The notes beneath the pieces are model-generated. The model searched no databases, had not been told where the DNA came from, and was given only the letters and a program-made list of their open reading frames with translations. A stretch of 64,000 nucleotides of DNA. Source: Callorhinchus milii. Lineage: Eukaryota. Positions 51,438 through 63,611 of this stretch are shown here, one piece after another; the stretch's first letter is position 1; the number at the start of each line of letters is the position of its first letter. A program made the position numbers and the translations under genes. Location of the stretch: positions 12,214,001-12,278,000 of the forward strand of contig NW_024704745.1 in assembly GCF_018977255.1 (NCBI RefSeq), in the 5' to 3' direction.

Positions 51438-52162
51438 GTAGCATATTGGTTAGAGCATTCACCTCACAAGCGAGAGGACTTGGGTTTGATTCCCAGGCAG
51501 GGCGAAACGTTAGGCAAGTTTCCTGCCTCTACACTCTTCCCTACGTACCTGTCCGTACCTTCCGTTCCTCTGGCTCCGGTCTGCTCCACATCCCCCGCCC
51601 CAACCGCCCTACCATCGGTGGCCGGGCCTTCAGCCTCTCAGCCCCGAGGCTCTGGAACTCTATCCCCCAGTGCCTTCGCCGCCTCCTCCCTTTCCTCCTT
51701 CAAGGCCGGTCTCAAGACCTTTCTCTTTGACCGCGCCTTCAGCTCCCCTCTCGACTCTCTACCCCCTCCTCGCTCCCTCCCTTCCCTCCCCTCCCCTGAC
51801 CATTTCCCCCCCTGCTCGGGTCCTGACCCAACTGTACAGCGCCTTGGGACGTCCTCCCGACGTGAAAGGCGCTCTATAAATGGAATCTTGTTGTTGTTGT
51901 TATTCTGTTAACAAGCAGTGAGTAGGAACCCGGGTTGTTAGTCGATTGGCGGGTCGTTTTCTGGGGGTAGTAATCCTTTCAAAAAAATAATAATTTGGTC
52001 ACTCAATCCACAACTGTTTGTAGGACACTGCTGTGCGCAATTGGCATTTCGCCCACAAAAAAAAAGTCAATTCACTTCACAGTATATTCCTTGAAGCGCT
52101 TTGAAATGTCTCGAAGACATGATAGGGCACTTTATCAAATGCAAGGATTATTATTATTATTA
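51438..52162 (+). mobile_element. Long-subfamily SINE split by an L2 3' fragment (about 51535-51904)
   Basis: SINE head stops at about 51534; the L2 3'UTR and tail follow; the SINE resumes at ctgttaacaagcagtgagtagg. Confidence 0.85.
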
Positions 52163-52673
52163 CAGTAACAGTCTTAAAACCTACGTCCCCTTTCATACAA
52201 AGTCAGCGACCAGAACACACTAAAAAACAAATTATTAAACCACAGAAAGTGAAGACCGGGTTCGATTCCCCAGCAGGGCGAAACCTGAGGCAAGTTGCTG
52301 ACTCCACACACCCAAATACCTTGAAAAAAANTTAGTCACTCAATCCAGTATGTTCGGTGAAGCAGTTTGAGACATATCAAACAACATGAATCAGACGCTA
52401 TATCAAATGCAAGGATTACTATTGCTAAGAATCTGAAAATATGCCTGGGATTTTGCTCTTCATCACTGTTCATTGATATCAACAAGAGTTGCAAAGTGTG
52501 TGGCTGTCAGATGAGAACAGGATCAGGCTCAGTTGGGAACCCTTTCCCCCCTCCTAAACAGCTTTGTGAAAGAGGAGGAGGAAAATATTGTAACTTAACA
52601 GGAACATCTTGTTAACTATTAATAGAATAATATAAAGAGTTTGAAATGTAAATGTACAATTTTATTTTTCAGG

Positions 52674-55600
52674 ATGGCTTTCCTCAGCTGTGTTGTACTT
52701 TCACTGATTATTCTGATTGCTGGTAAGGATTTGTTTTCTTTCACAGGATAGAAGTTGTGCTTTTATTCCTTTAATAAATGAGCAGATTTAAGATGAAAAG
52801 CAGTTATCAATATGAAGAACAATAGATTGTCAAGTAATGGGAAATGTGGTGTCACATCTCCAAAGTTAAATTAATATTCAGAAATTTACATGTCTATCTT
52901 TGTCCTAGGCTGGGGGAATACTGCATGATATATAAAATTTATGTGACTAATAGAGCCCAAGAATTTTCTAACAACTGTTTTAGCCTTTTTCAGCACAGCT
53001 CCATTAAATAAGAGAGCAACAATCCACTTCCAAATGTAAAACCACACCACTTAAGCTCCATCCAAAATTGATCTTTGGAATAGGTCACAGCAAAAAATTC
53101 CAATTTTTTAAAATATTTTTTTTCTTTTCATACCTGTGAAATGCAGTAATTGTGTAAAATGGCTGATAAATATTGAGCAAAATACTGAAAAAATACTTAT
53201 AAGGCGTCCTATTGTGTTTCTCTTATTTAGATGGATTCAACCTTCACTGTGAACAAGAAATCAAAGCCGAGGTTGGCAAAGATGTTTTGATCACGTGTGA
53301 ATTTGGCGGAGATATTGGAGGTGATCATTTCGTGATCTGGCAAAGAAGTGATGATTTAATAGTACACAAGATCAAGCATGGTAAAGACCAAATCAATGAT
53401 CAACATGCCAACTACACCGAGAGAACTGAAATTTCAATCAACAAAGAAGGTATCACTCTTACACTGAAGAAAGTTCGTGTTTGGGATGATGGAATCTACA
53501 AGCTCAGCATTAGCACTGACAAAGGTCTCGGAGACACGAGTGTGACACTGCTTGTTTGGGGTATGAAAATTATCCTGCTTTTTATCTGAATTGAGGGATA
53601 ACTGTTGCTGATCTTCATTTTGCAAATTGCTGCATACATTTTCTGTGGTATTAGAAGACAGTAGTTTTAATGTCATATAACTTTCATAGCACAACAAAGT
53701 TGACCAGTTACAGCCAGAGGCTTCTCACATAGAATAAGAATCTATTTGGAGGTGCAGCACAGTCTTTCAATGATGTGAATGTCACCCACATTGTTTTTTA
53801 AATCAGTTTCAATGCTGCCATTCCGTTTATTGCCTCTTGAAAATGTGGCAGAGAAGCCAACGTATAACACCGACATCAATCACTGACGTTAAAACGGGAA
53901 TCATTAAACAGAACATCGGTTAGGTTTTACCACGTTTGCCCATAAAACACACACCATCACTCCACTTTACAATATAACCTGTGAAGCTCTTTGAGATGTG
54001 CTCCTGATGTTAAAGGCTCTATACCAGTGCAAGGATTATTATTATCACCATCATTATCCAAGGAAATCTCCTAAGAGCAGCATTTCAAATGCGCAGATCA
54101 GAAAACCGACTGAATAAAGTCAGTTTTTTTTATTTGAATGTTTATCTGCCCTAATGATAGATGGTGGCCACTGACCTCGGGTGACCTCAGGCAAGCTGCG
54201 ATGATGGGACGCTACCCTGTGTGACTGGTGCCATATAAATACAAGTTGTTGTTGTCAGGTCTTCTGATCTTAACCAACAAAATTTGTGGCGTTCAATAAC
54301 ATGTTCCGCATCATAGTTACCAAGTTATCAAACGTTCCAAGTGTTACCCTGAAGTCCTAAATAGTAAATAAAAGAATAAAATCTATCTAGATATTTCCTA
54401 ACATCCCCCTGTCAACAGAAAAATACCAAGAGATTTATAATAATCTAAATATAAATTGAAAATGTTCAAAACAAGAAAAGCAGAAAAATAATAACTCCAT
54501 GAACCAGAATGAAATTCTTTATCCAGAGCCAGGTATTAATATCATGATGTAATAAGTGTTATAAGGATCTTGCACAGAGTAAAGACTTCATCTTTCTCCT
54601 TTTGATACAGTTAGTTTAATTACATTGTAAAGTATACATTGTTAGATTAATCTATTTTATAGAGTGTGGTGTTCTGTACTTCAGTGGTTAGAGCACTTGC
54701 CTTGCAAATGAGAAATGTGGGTTTTATTCCCAGGAGGGCGAAACATTCAGCAAGTTTCATTACTCCACACGCTTCTGTTTACCTAGCAGTAAGTAAGATC
54801 CCTGTTGTTAGTCGATTGGCGGATCGCTTTTCTGGGGGGGAATAACTCCTTCCAAAAAAAAAATACTAAGTTGGTCACTCAATCCACGACTGTTTGTGGG
54901 ACACTGCTGTGTGCAATTGGCTGCCGCATTTCGCCCACAAAATATAGTCAATTCACTTTACAGTATATTCTGTGAAGCACTTTGAGACGTCTCAAAGACA
55001 ATGACAAGGCCCTATATCAAATGGAAGGATTATTATTATTCATTGTAGTTTTATTACAACGTTTCTAACAACGTGTTGTGTTTTGCTTACTCAATTGGAT
55101 TTCTAAAAACATTCTTAGCCATAGGGAGCACTCACTGTACAAATACATCTCATGGTAAAGAGTTCTGATTATAGTTTCTTATTTTGCTTTACAGCCATCC
55201 CAACCAAAGATCTTGTGATCACACTGAACCCCGATAAAAGTGATGGTTTGAAGCTTACTTGCAGCTCTCAAGGGTGGTATCCAGAACCCATTGTTTTTTG
55301 GGAAGACAAATTTGGTAATGACCTGAAAGATTCTGAAATCAAGACCCTGGAACAAGACAGCGAAGGCCTCTATAGAGTGGAACATAATGTGAAAACAGTT
55401 CCTGACTACAAGGTTCACTATATCTGCCACTTTAAATCTGAAGTGATGAAAAGGCGTGTTTCTATGAGTGGAGTGATCTCAGGTGAGTTTAACTGCAAGT
55501 GTTATGCATACCTTAAAGGCAACGTAAATTACTAAAGGAACCTTACACCGAATAATTCTCTGACAGACTCATTAATGAAGTCACGTTTAAAATAGTATGG

Positions 55601-56417
55601 ACAATTTCTAGATTAATGGGAAGTGATGGGACGAAGAGAGTTCAGAGAAGAGTGACAAGTGAAACTAATTTAGTGATGTACAATGTGAGAAGAGATTTGT
55701 ACAACTGAATGTCTTGCTTGAAAAAAAATTGAATGAAAGGGAACACAATTTAGTGGTCTAAACTGCTGAGAAGTTTGTATGATATGGATCTGAATACTGG
55801 TGATAATTATCAGGTCACATATCATATTATCCCATCCACCCCACATTGAAGGATTTGAGGGAAAGAAATAGGCCAGCTATTCCAAACTGAACAGCCTGGG
55901 TTTAAGCTTCCAATAATATCCTGGACATTTGCTTCCCTAACTTACCGATGGGAATTGGGAGGAAATTTCAGAAAGCGACATTGGAGGTGTTACCTATGGT
56001 ATACTTTGCTTCTCTCAAGATGTTGAAAGGATGTTATGTCCACGATACACATGTTTAACTTGATCTATACAATTAGAGCAGGTTTGAAGGTCTGGACAGT
56101 CTTTTCTAGTTCTAGACTTTGTTGTTTCTGTTAGCATGAGAGTGAATGGGTTCAGGCACAATAACGACCGCATAGTTATGTTTATAACATATGAAATCTT
56201 ACCTGAATCTCTTTAGAGCAACCTATCTTAAACAATTGTGGGGCTACAATGTTGTTATGATATTTGTTTTTGTTTCTACATGTTTACTCTTTATTTTTTG
56301 ATGTTATACAGAAGACACTGATAGATTTTTCTGATAGAGTGATACACTGATCAATTGCTTTCTATGTTTTCAGATGGAAGGACCATTTTCCTTGAAGACA
56401 AAAGGGCAGATTTGTAA
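52674..56417 (+). CDS. B7-family IgV-IgC protein (VTCN1/B7-H4-like, also HHLA2-like); 3' end uncertain
   Basis: Leader 52674-52722 (MAFLSCVVLSLIILIA). V 53231-53560 (VLITCEF, VHKIKHGKDQINDQ, RTEI, DDGIYKL, TDKGLG). C 55195-55482 (CSSQGWYPEPIVFW, DSEGLY, YIC). All phase 1 and open. The strongest next acceptor gives 56374-56417 (DGRTIFLEDKRADL*). Possible 5'UTR exon 48966-49002. VTCN1 neighbours TRIM45 in human. Confidence 0.8.
54672..55041 (+). mobile_element. tRNA-derived SINE, long subfamily, in the B7 V-C intron
   Basis: Full-length diverged copy. Confidence 0.85.
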
Positions 56418-56860
56418 ACCAGAAGCTGTACTGCTCAATCTCTTACAGCCACTTTGTGTGTTAAAAGTTTTTTGTACGGCTGATCTCAGCCCTCTTCTTT
56501 TCCTCATCTACATGCTCCTGTGGAAAGTGTGGGAATGTTGTTCATCTTTGGGCAATCGCAAAAGTTACAGAATAAGCAAAGGCAATGAGACAAAACATGT
56601 TTTCGCATTTGGTGTAAGCTCAGCTTTGTTTTGGTTTGCAACTATCAATGTATATATGTTATTGTGATAAGGAACCCGGGACCCATATCTCTTTTTATGA
56701 AAGAAACAGACATCCAATTATGGGAAAATGGAACATATATAAAAGTCAGATGTTGTTTTTATCTGGTGTGCAGTGTGGGGAGCAGTATCTTGAGAGAGTT
56801 GTTGCTACCGCTCTGCACCTCATATATGAAATAAAGCGTTTTTGGATGTATACCGCACTA

Positions 56861-57193
56861 TAATAATAATAATAATAATAATAATCCTTGCATTTGATAT
56901 AGCGCTTTTCACGTCAGGAGGACGTCCCAAAGCGCTTTACAGCACACACTGTAAAGTGAATTGACTGTATATTTGTGGGCAAACGCGGCAGCCAATTGCG
57001 CACAGCAATGTCCCACAAACAGTCGTAGATTGAAAATGACCAATTTAATTATTGTTTTTGGTTTTTTGGAGGGATTATTATTAGGCTCTGTGTGGAGTAA
57101 GGAAACTTGCCCAAGGTTTCGCCCTCTGCCTGGAATTGAACTCAGGTCTCTCACTTGCAAAGCGAGTGCTCTAACCACTGAGCTACAGGACTC
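56861..57193 (-). mobile_element. tRNA-derived SINE, short subfamily
   Basis: Full reverse-complement copy. Confidence 0.9.
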
Positions 57194-57974
57194 AGCACTG
57201 ACTCTGTGTTGAGTTTTTCAGGTCTTTAAGAGCAATCGCACATCGAAATCTGGATTTAACACTCCCTCTGCTCTAGGGACCTGGTTCTGACGTGAAAGGT
57301 GCTGCCTTGCTGTGCTTCTTTTACTCATTAGTATCACTTCCATTCTGCATTAACTAAAACAGGTTATAATCAATTTTCTTGATAGTACTAGTGGAGTGGC
57401 TTGTGTTGCTTATGAACAGCCAGTATATGTAATTCTTTACATTATTATTTCCTTGCATAACCTTGTATTGATTCTTTTCTAGTTCAGTCCTAAAAGCCCC
57501 AAATTTAGCTCAGCTAAACATTCATTCAACAATATTTTTAACCTTGTCCTCAATATTTTTATCCTTGTGCTTGAACTTAATATAAAATGTAACTTCACAA
57601 AATGTTAAATTCACCTTTAAATTGTGGATCAATTCTATGAAATAGCTTAAAGCTTGTGGTCTATCATCCTGATTCATATTTGCTGAATAAAATAAATGTT
57701 TTTTGGTTATACAGTGTGACCAAACTGTTTAATTTGGTGAATGTTCGCCCAGAAACCACACACAGTCATTCCACTTTACAGATTATCCTGTGAAGCACTT
57801 TGGGACAACCTCCTGACATGAAAGCTGCTGTATCAAATATAAGGACTGTTATTATTACTATTTGATATTATGTCACATTATCGCCAATTGTACCTAAATT
57901 ATCTGCACGTGTCATTTTGCAAATTTCACTAGAAAATATGTCTTTCATGGTCAGTCATGTGTTTATGTGTTTAT

Positions 57975-59025
57975 GTACAATGCCACCTTTCACACCAGAG
58001 CAGCTGAAATGTCTTCCTTTTTCCTCAGCCGAGGATTCCCATCTACTGTGGTGGACAGGGCCCTTGACTGTGTCCACCCTATTTCCTGCAATTCTGCCCT
58101 CACCCCTTCCCCCTCTTCCCAGAACTGTGATAGGGTCCCCCTGGTCCTCACTATCCACCCCACCAGCCTCAACATCCAAAAAATAATTCTCTGTCATTTC
58201 CGGCACCTCCAGCATGATCCAACCACTAAACATATCTTTCCCTCCCCTCCCCACTCAGCATTCCAAAGGGACCATTCCCTCCAATACCCCCTGGTTCATT
58301 CCTCCATCACCACCAACAGTTACTCTCCTCCCCCAGGCACCTTCCCATGTCAGCGCAAGAGATGCAATACCTGCCCTTTCACCTCCTCCCATACCACTGT
58401 CCCGGGCCCCAAACACAGAGTTCAAGTGAGACAGTGATTTACGTGTACTACCACCAATGTAGTTTACTGCATTCGCTGCTCACGATGTGTCTCCTCTACA
58501 TTGGGGAGATGAAACACAGATTGGGTGATCAATTTGCCGAGCACCTCCATTCTGTCCGCAAGCACAACCCTGAGCTTCCGGTTTCTTGCCAGTTCAACTC
58601 TTCCTCCCACTCACACTCTGACCTGTCCATCCATGGTCTCCTACGCTGTTCCAATGAGTCATAACGCAAGCTCGAGGAACAGCACCTCACCTTACAGCCC
58701 ACTGGCCTCAATATAGATTTCAACAATTTCAGACCATAACAGCTCATCTCCCCCTCTCCCTCTTCTGTGACCATTACCACATCATCTAAGTCCCAAACAC
58801 ACCTTTTCTCTCTCTGGTCTGCCTATTTTGTTGCAATTTCCCCCCCCTTTGGTTTGTATTATTAACACCTCCATTCCCCTGTTTTGTTGCAATCCTCCTT
58901 TGTTTTGCATCATTAACACCTTTTTAACCCACCATCCCCTGTCTTCGGCCCCATTTTCTCTTTTGTCTTCCTTGCCCTGCCTCCTCTGTTAGCTCTTAAA
59001 AGCCTCTGCCTCCCAACAGAGAGAG
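57975..59025 (+). mobile_element. Penelope-like element fragment (RT C-terminus, Cys linker, GIY-YIG endonuclease), disrupted
   Basis: MSSFFLSRGFPSTVVDRAL...GTFPCQRKRCNTCPF...VVYCIRCSRC..LYIGEMKHRLGDQFAEHL. Confidence 0.85.
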
Positions 59026-59280
59026 GAGTTGTGGAGGCCGACAAGCAGTGAATTTGCATAGTCGAGCCTCGATGTAATGAAAGCATGTATGAGGGTTTCG
59101 CCGGCCTGCGGTGTGAGACAGTGTCATTGCGGAGGTTGGGGAAGGCAGAGCGGGTCATGGCACAGATGTGGGGTAGAAAGGATAGTTGAGGGTCAAATAA
59201 GACCCCAAGTTTCCGGATTGGCTTAGCATGTGCAACCATGGATGGTGATGCTGTCAGTGCCTGAGGTGAAGAGATGCTGA

Positions 59281-60535
59281 CAACAACAACAAGATTACAT
59301 TTGTATAGCGCCTTTCACGTCGGGAGGACGTCCCAAGGTGATGGACAGAGTACAGCATTTCAGACCCGAGTGGGGTCAGGGGGGGAGAAGGGAGGGGAGG
59401 GGAAGGGGGGTGACTGATGGCATGGTCGAAGAGGAGAGTCTTGAGGCGGGACTTGAAGGAGGCTAAGGAGGGGGCGAGGCGGAGTGACTGGGGAATGGAA
59501 TTCCAGAGGTTAGGGGCAGAGTGGCTGAAGGCTCTCCCACCAATGATGGGGTGGGTGGGTCGGGGGATGTGGAGCAGGCCGGAGCCGGTTGATTGGAGGG
59601 AGCGGATGGGTTGATAGGGGTTTAGGAGGTCACAGAGATAGGGTGGGGTGAAGCCATGGAGGGCTTTTTAGGTGAGGACCAGGATCTTGAACTGGATCCT
59701 CTGAAGAATAGGGAGCCAATGGAGTCGGGCGAGAATGGGGGAGATGGGGTCACGGAGATTGGTGGGGGAGAGGACATGGGCTGCAGAGCTCTGGATTATC
59801 TGACCGGAGCCAATCAGGAGAGCCTCGGTCTTGTTGACGTTCAACTGAAGAAAATTAGCTCTCATCCAGGACTTGGTCTGACAGACATTCTGTCAGCACA
59901 GCTGTGGTCCTTGAGTCAAGGGTGGAGGCAGAGCGGTAGAGTTGGGTATCTTCCTCATACATATGGAAGTTAACCCCATTTCTGTGGATGATGTCACCAA
60001 GAGGGAGCATATAATTATTGAAGAGAAGGGGACCAAGGACAGAGCCCTGAGGAATGCCATACACGATGGTCCGGGGGCTAGATGAGAAGCTGTTTGAGGA
60101 GATGAAGTGCAGGCGGTGTGAGAGGTACGATCAGAACCAATCAAGGACAGCACCATGTAGGTTGAGATGAGAGGAGAGGCGGTGGATGAGGATAGAGTGG
60201 TCGATGGTGTCAAAAGCAGCAGAGAGGTCAAGAACGACGAGGAGGCAGAGGGAGCCCTGGTCGCAGGTGGACAGAATGTCATTTGTCACTTTGACCAGGG
60301 CTATTTCTGTTCTGTGAGCAGCACGGAAACCCAATTGGAGGGGTTCGAGAAGGGAATAGTGGGAGAGGAAGGAGCAAAGCTGAGCAGCAACAACTCATTC
60401 CAGGACCTTGGAGAGGAAGGGGAGGTTGAGATGGGGCAGTAGTTAAGGAGTATAGAAGGGTCCAGGGAGGGTTTTTTAAGGATAGGATTGATGACAGCGG
60501 TTTTTAATGGGGTGCAAACGGTCCCAGAGGACAGG
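59281..60535 (-). mobile_element. L2 LINE fragment with an internal deletion
   Basis: MGFRAAHRTEIAL...[12 protein letters not shown]; [13 protein letters not shown]; tail at 59281. Confidence 0.9.
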
Positions 60536-61270
60536 GAGAATAAATAGCTCTGGTTGGAGAACTAGTAGCAGCAACATGATGTGTGCAATAGCGTCCTTAT
60601 ATAAATTTCTATGATTCTACATCAAATGAAGTGGGATTAAACTATAATTTTACACTGGAATGTCTCTTCCAATTTTTTTATATAGTAATACAGGACAGCA
60701 TTGGATCAAATTACATTGTGTTAAGTAACCCACTAATTTGGAATTTCCTTTTTGAGTTTGTTTTGTGGAGCTTTCCTCCCATTTTTGTGGAAAACAATGA
60801 ATGGCAGATTCTTCCAAAGGAATCCTATAATTTGAGGAAATGTAATCAGAAGACCTGATGTAACTGCAATGATAAATAACGTAGGAAAAGCTGGACAAAA
60901 GAAGACCAAGGAACCCCAAGGAACTTCCACCATCCTGGCAGTCCCATACACATGTCATGTCCCAAACTATATATGGCATCCCAAGATATTAATTCCTAAA
61001 ATAAATCTGCAGATGGTTTTTGAAATTAACTCCCTTCAATCCATGCAGTTATTTTACCAGATGTCATAGAGAAAGATCATGCCTTGCATTTCTGATGAAG
61101 TAAATAGGAGAGCAACGTGCAGTTTCTTCAGTTGCTCACTGACTCTGCAAGACACCACCAGAGCAGAGTGACACCCTACGGGTTGGTTGTCACACCAGCA
61201 ATCTCCTGGAGATCTTAAACCTCACAGCTTCAGATCTTGAAGATTTCTGTTGACTTTTCTTAACGAAAAG

Positions 61271-62769
61271 ATGTTTCACAATTTCTGGTTCTTCGTCCTA
61301 GGTAAGCATCAACGTTCACTCCAAACCGTTAACATTTATTATAACAAGACTCGGACCATTTTTGATTAAATACAGGTTACCTTTGTTATTTCTGCATTGT
61401 TATTTTGATTTACAGGGAGTGCTGTCGGTGTCAAAGTGCTTCAGGTCCCCTCATTGACCCTTCTCAGGGGGCAGCCAGCTCAGCTCAACTGCACTGTGGA
61501 ATCCAGAGAGGAGCTGACATTTGTCAGATACTATTGGTATAGAACAAGAGACAATATTGCTGTTCAGAATAATAGATTTCCAACGTTCATCGATGAAACC
61601 TCTCGTATATCTAAATCTGGGAGTTCGCTTGTGTTTAGCGAGGTGATAGTGAATGATTCAGACACATATTACTGCTGGATACTTGTAGAGGAACCTTTGC
61701 CCCGTAGAAACTTCACCGGGAATGGAACAGACCTGAGGATCCAAGGTAATTATAATAATAATAATCCTTGCATTTGATATAGTGCTTTTCATGTCTTCTC
61801 GACATCTCAAAGCGCTTCACAGAATATATTGTAAAGTGAATTGACCGTATATTTGTGGGCGAAATTCACACTGACCAGAGCTGAAATCCTTGTATATTTG
61901 AAGCCAAGGACCAACGCTTGTAGATAGATATGTTATTTGTTAGCTATTGAGACCACCAAGTTTTACTAACAATAACCATTAAAGAGCCAATGCTTATATT
62001 TGGTAAAACGTGTTTGCAGACAGCGGAAAAATAGACAAAATGTAAAACTGCAGAAGTTCTGGCACCAGAATAGGAGGCGAGAAACACGAAAAACTGCACA
62101 AAACTCAACAGTGAGGATTTTGTGTTGTGGTTTTTTTTTGCAGGAACGAATCCTTGTTTTATTTCAATTTCTTTGTAGACGTGGGTGCAAAGATGGAACA
62201 CAGACGAGCTTTAGCTTTTCTTTCAAAATATAAAAAAAAGACATAACATCAGTTAGTATTTGTTTGTGCTTTTTGGAGGTTTCTGGATTCTGCATTTTTT
62301 TTCTTCTTCATTCCATCTCTCACATTTGCGCAAATATAAACTTTCAACGCGCAGTTGGTGCGCGAATGATTTCCAAATGTATGATTTATTTTAAGCGAAA
62401 CCCCAAATCAGTGTCTCAGCTGATCCGGAGAGTGGGACCTCTGGAGTTCAGACTCTGACCTGTGTGGCTGCGGGATTTTTCCCGAGAGATCTGAATGTTT
62501 CCTGGACGGTTGCGGGAGATGTACCGCACGAGACAGAGTCCGCATCTCTCACAGTGAACGACGACGGGACCTTCACTCTGAGCTCACGGCTGAGCCTCCA
62601 AACCCCTGACTGGCGCCTGGGCTCTGCTGTCACCTGTCAGGTTCAGCACATCACCCTCATCCCACCGGGTACAGAGAGGATCAGCTTCACTGCGGGTGAG
62701 TCACGTTTCGCTTTGCGTCAAAAAGGGATCGCGTTCTATCGGGTGCGACTGGAAACGATAGTCACATAA
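61271..62769 (+). CDS. NKp30-like V(J)-C1 gene, copy A3 (inverted paralogue of A1): intact leader-V-C1; membrane exon not identified, read-through stop at 62767-62769
   Basis: Leader 61271-61301 (MFHNFWFFVL), V 61416-61745, C1 62396-62695, canonical splice sites, no stops. V differs from A1 at 7/330 nt and C1 at 19/300 nt (manual count). Confidence 0.8.
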
Positions 62770-62903
62770 AAATAAAAATCAAAATCAAAATAAAAATCAA
62801 AATCAAAATCAAAATTAAAATTAAAATTAAAATTAAAATTAAAATTAAAATTAAAATTAAAATTAAAATTAAAATTAAAATCAAAATCAAAATTAAAATC
62901 AAA
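62767..62903. repeat. (AAAAT[T/C])n hexamer tandem repeat
   Basis: Directly visible; followed by (GTT)n at about 62940, (CT)n at about 63120 and (AG)n at about 63575. Confidence 0.95.
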
Positions 62904-62942
62904 CCCCCGACTTTATGTTCACGGTTTTGCAGTGGAGCTGTT

Positions 62943-62982
<40 letters not shown>

Positions 62983-63116
62983 CGTCCTCCTGATACAGAT
63001 ACTCTTTGCATCACCGGTTATCACACGTTTGCAACTCACCGTCAATAACCTCTTTTCCAGCAAATTGCAACCAAGTCCCCCCCCAACAACGGGCGACGTT
63101 GCAAAACGGGGGGGTC

Positions 63117-63178
<62 letters not shown>

Positions 63179-63572
63179 GAGAAATTTTCCCGAGGAACGT
63201 GTCCACACGAAATTGCTGCGGATTTCAGCCTCTCATCCATCCCCTCGTGATATCAGAACCGGTGATGATAATAATTCTCAGTGTTGCACACGACGCACAG
63301 TAAAACCAACTCATAGCCCCCCAACAGCCTCTCTCTCTGCAGGGACTGGGAAAGTCCTTCTTGTCATTCTCAGAGCCCAAATGACAGCAATTTCAACAGT
63401 GAAGTGGGGGGTTTCGTCTCTGGAAGCGATGGATTTGGAGGTGAAGTCTCAACGACAAAGTGCATTGCTTTCCTCTGATCGCGATCTAAGGGTTTTGCGC
63501 TTTTCGTTGAGTAAAATAAGCCTCGACCGTGTGGGGAAGGCGAAGAGCTTATCGTCGGCTCAGTCGTCAGCA

Positions 63573-63611
<39 letters not shown>

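Noticed and set aside
56374-56667. ORF 56374-56667 taken whole as the B7 TM exon
   Set aside because: At its start it is phase 0 while the C exon ends in phase 1; only the internal acceptor at 56423 would join in frame.
12189-62769. Rearranging Ig/TCR locus (V, J, C segments)
   Set aside because: The J-like motif is inside each V exon, directly followed by a donor. The CACAGTG and GGTTTTTGT matches I spotted (e.g. 12169, 20081, 26929, 31634) do not form 12/23-spaced RSS beside any V. An RSS scoring scan would confirm.
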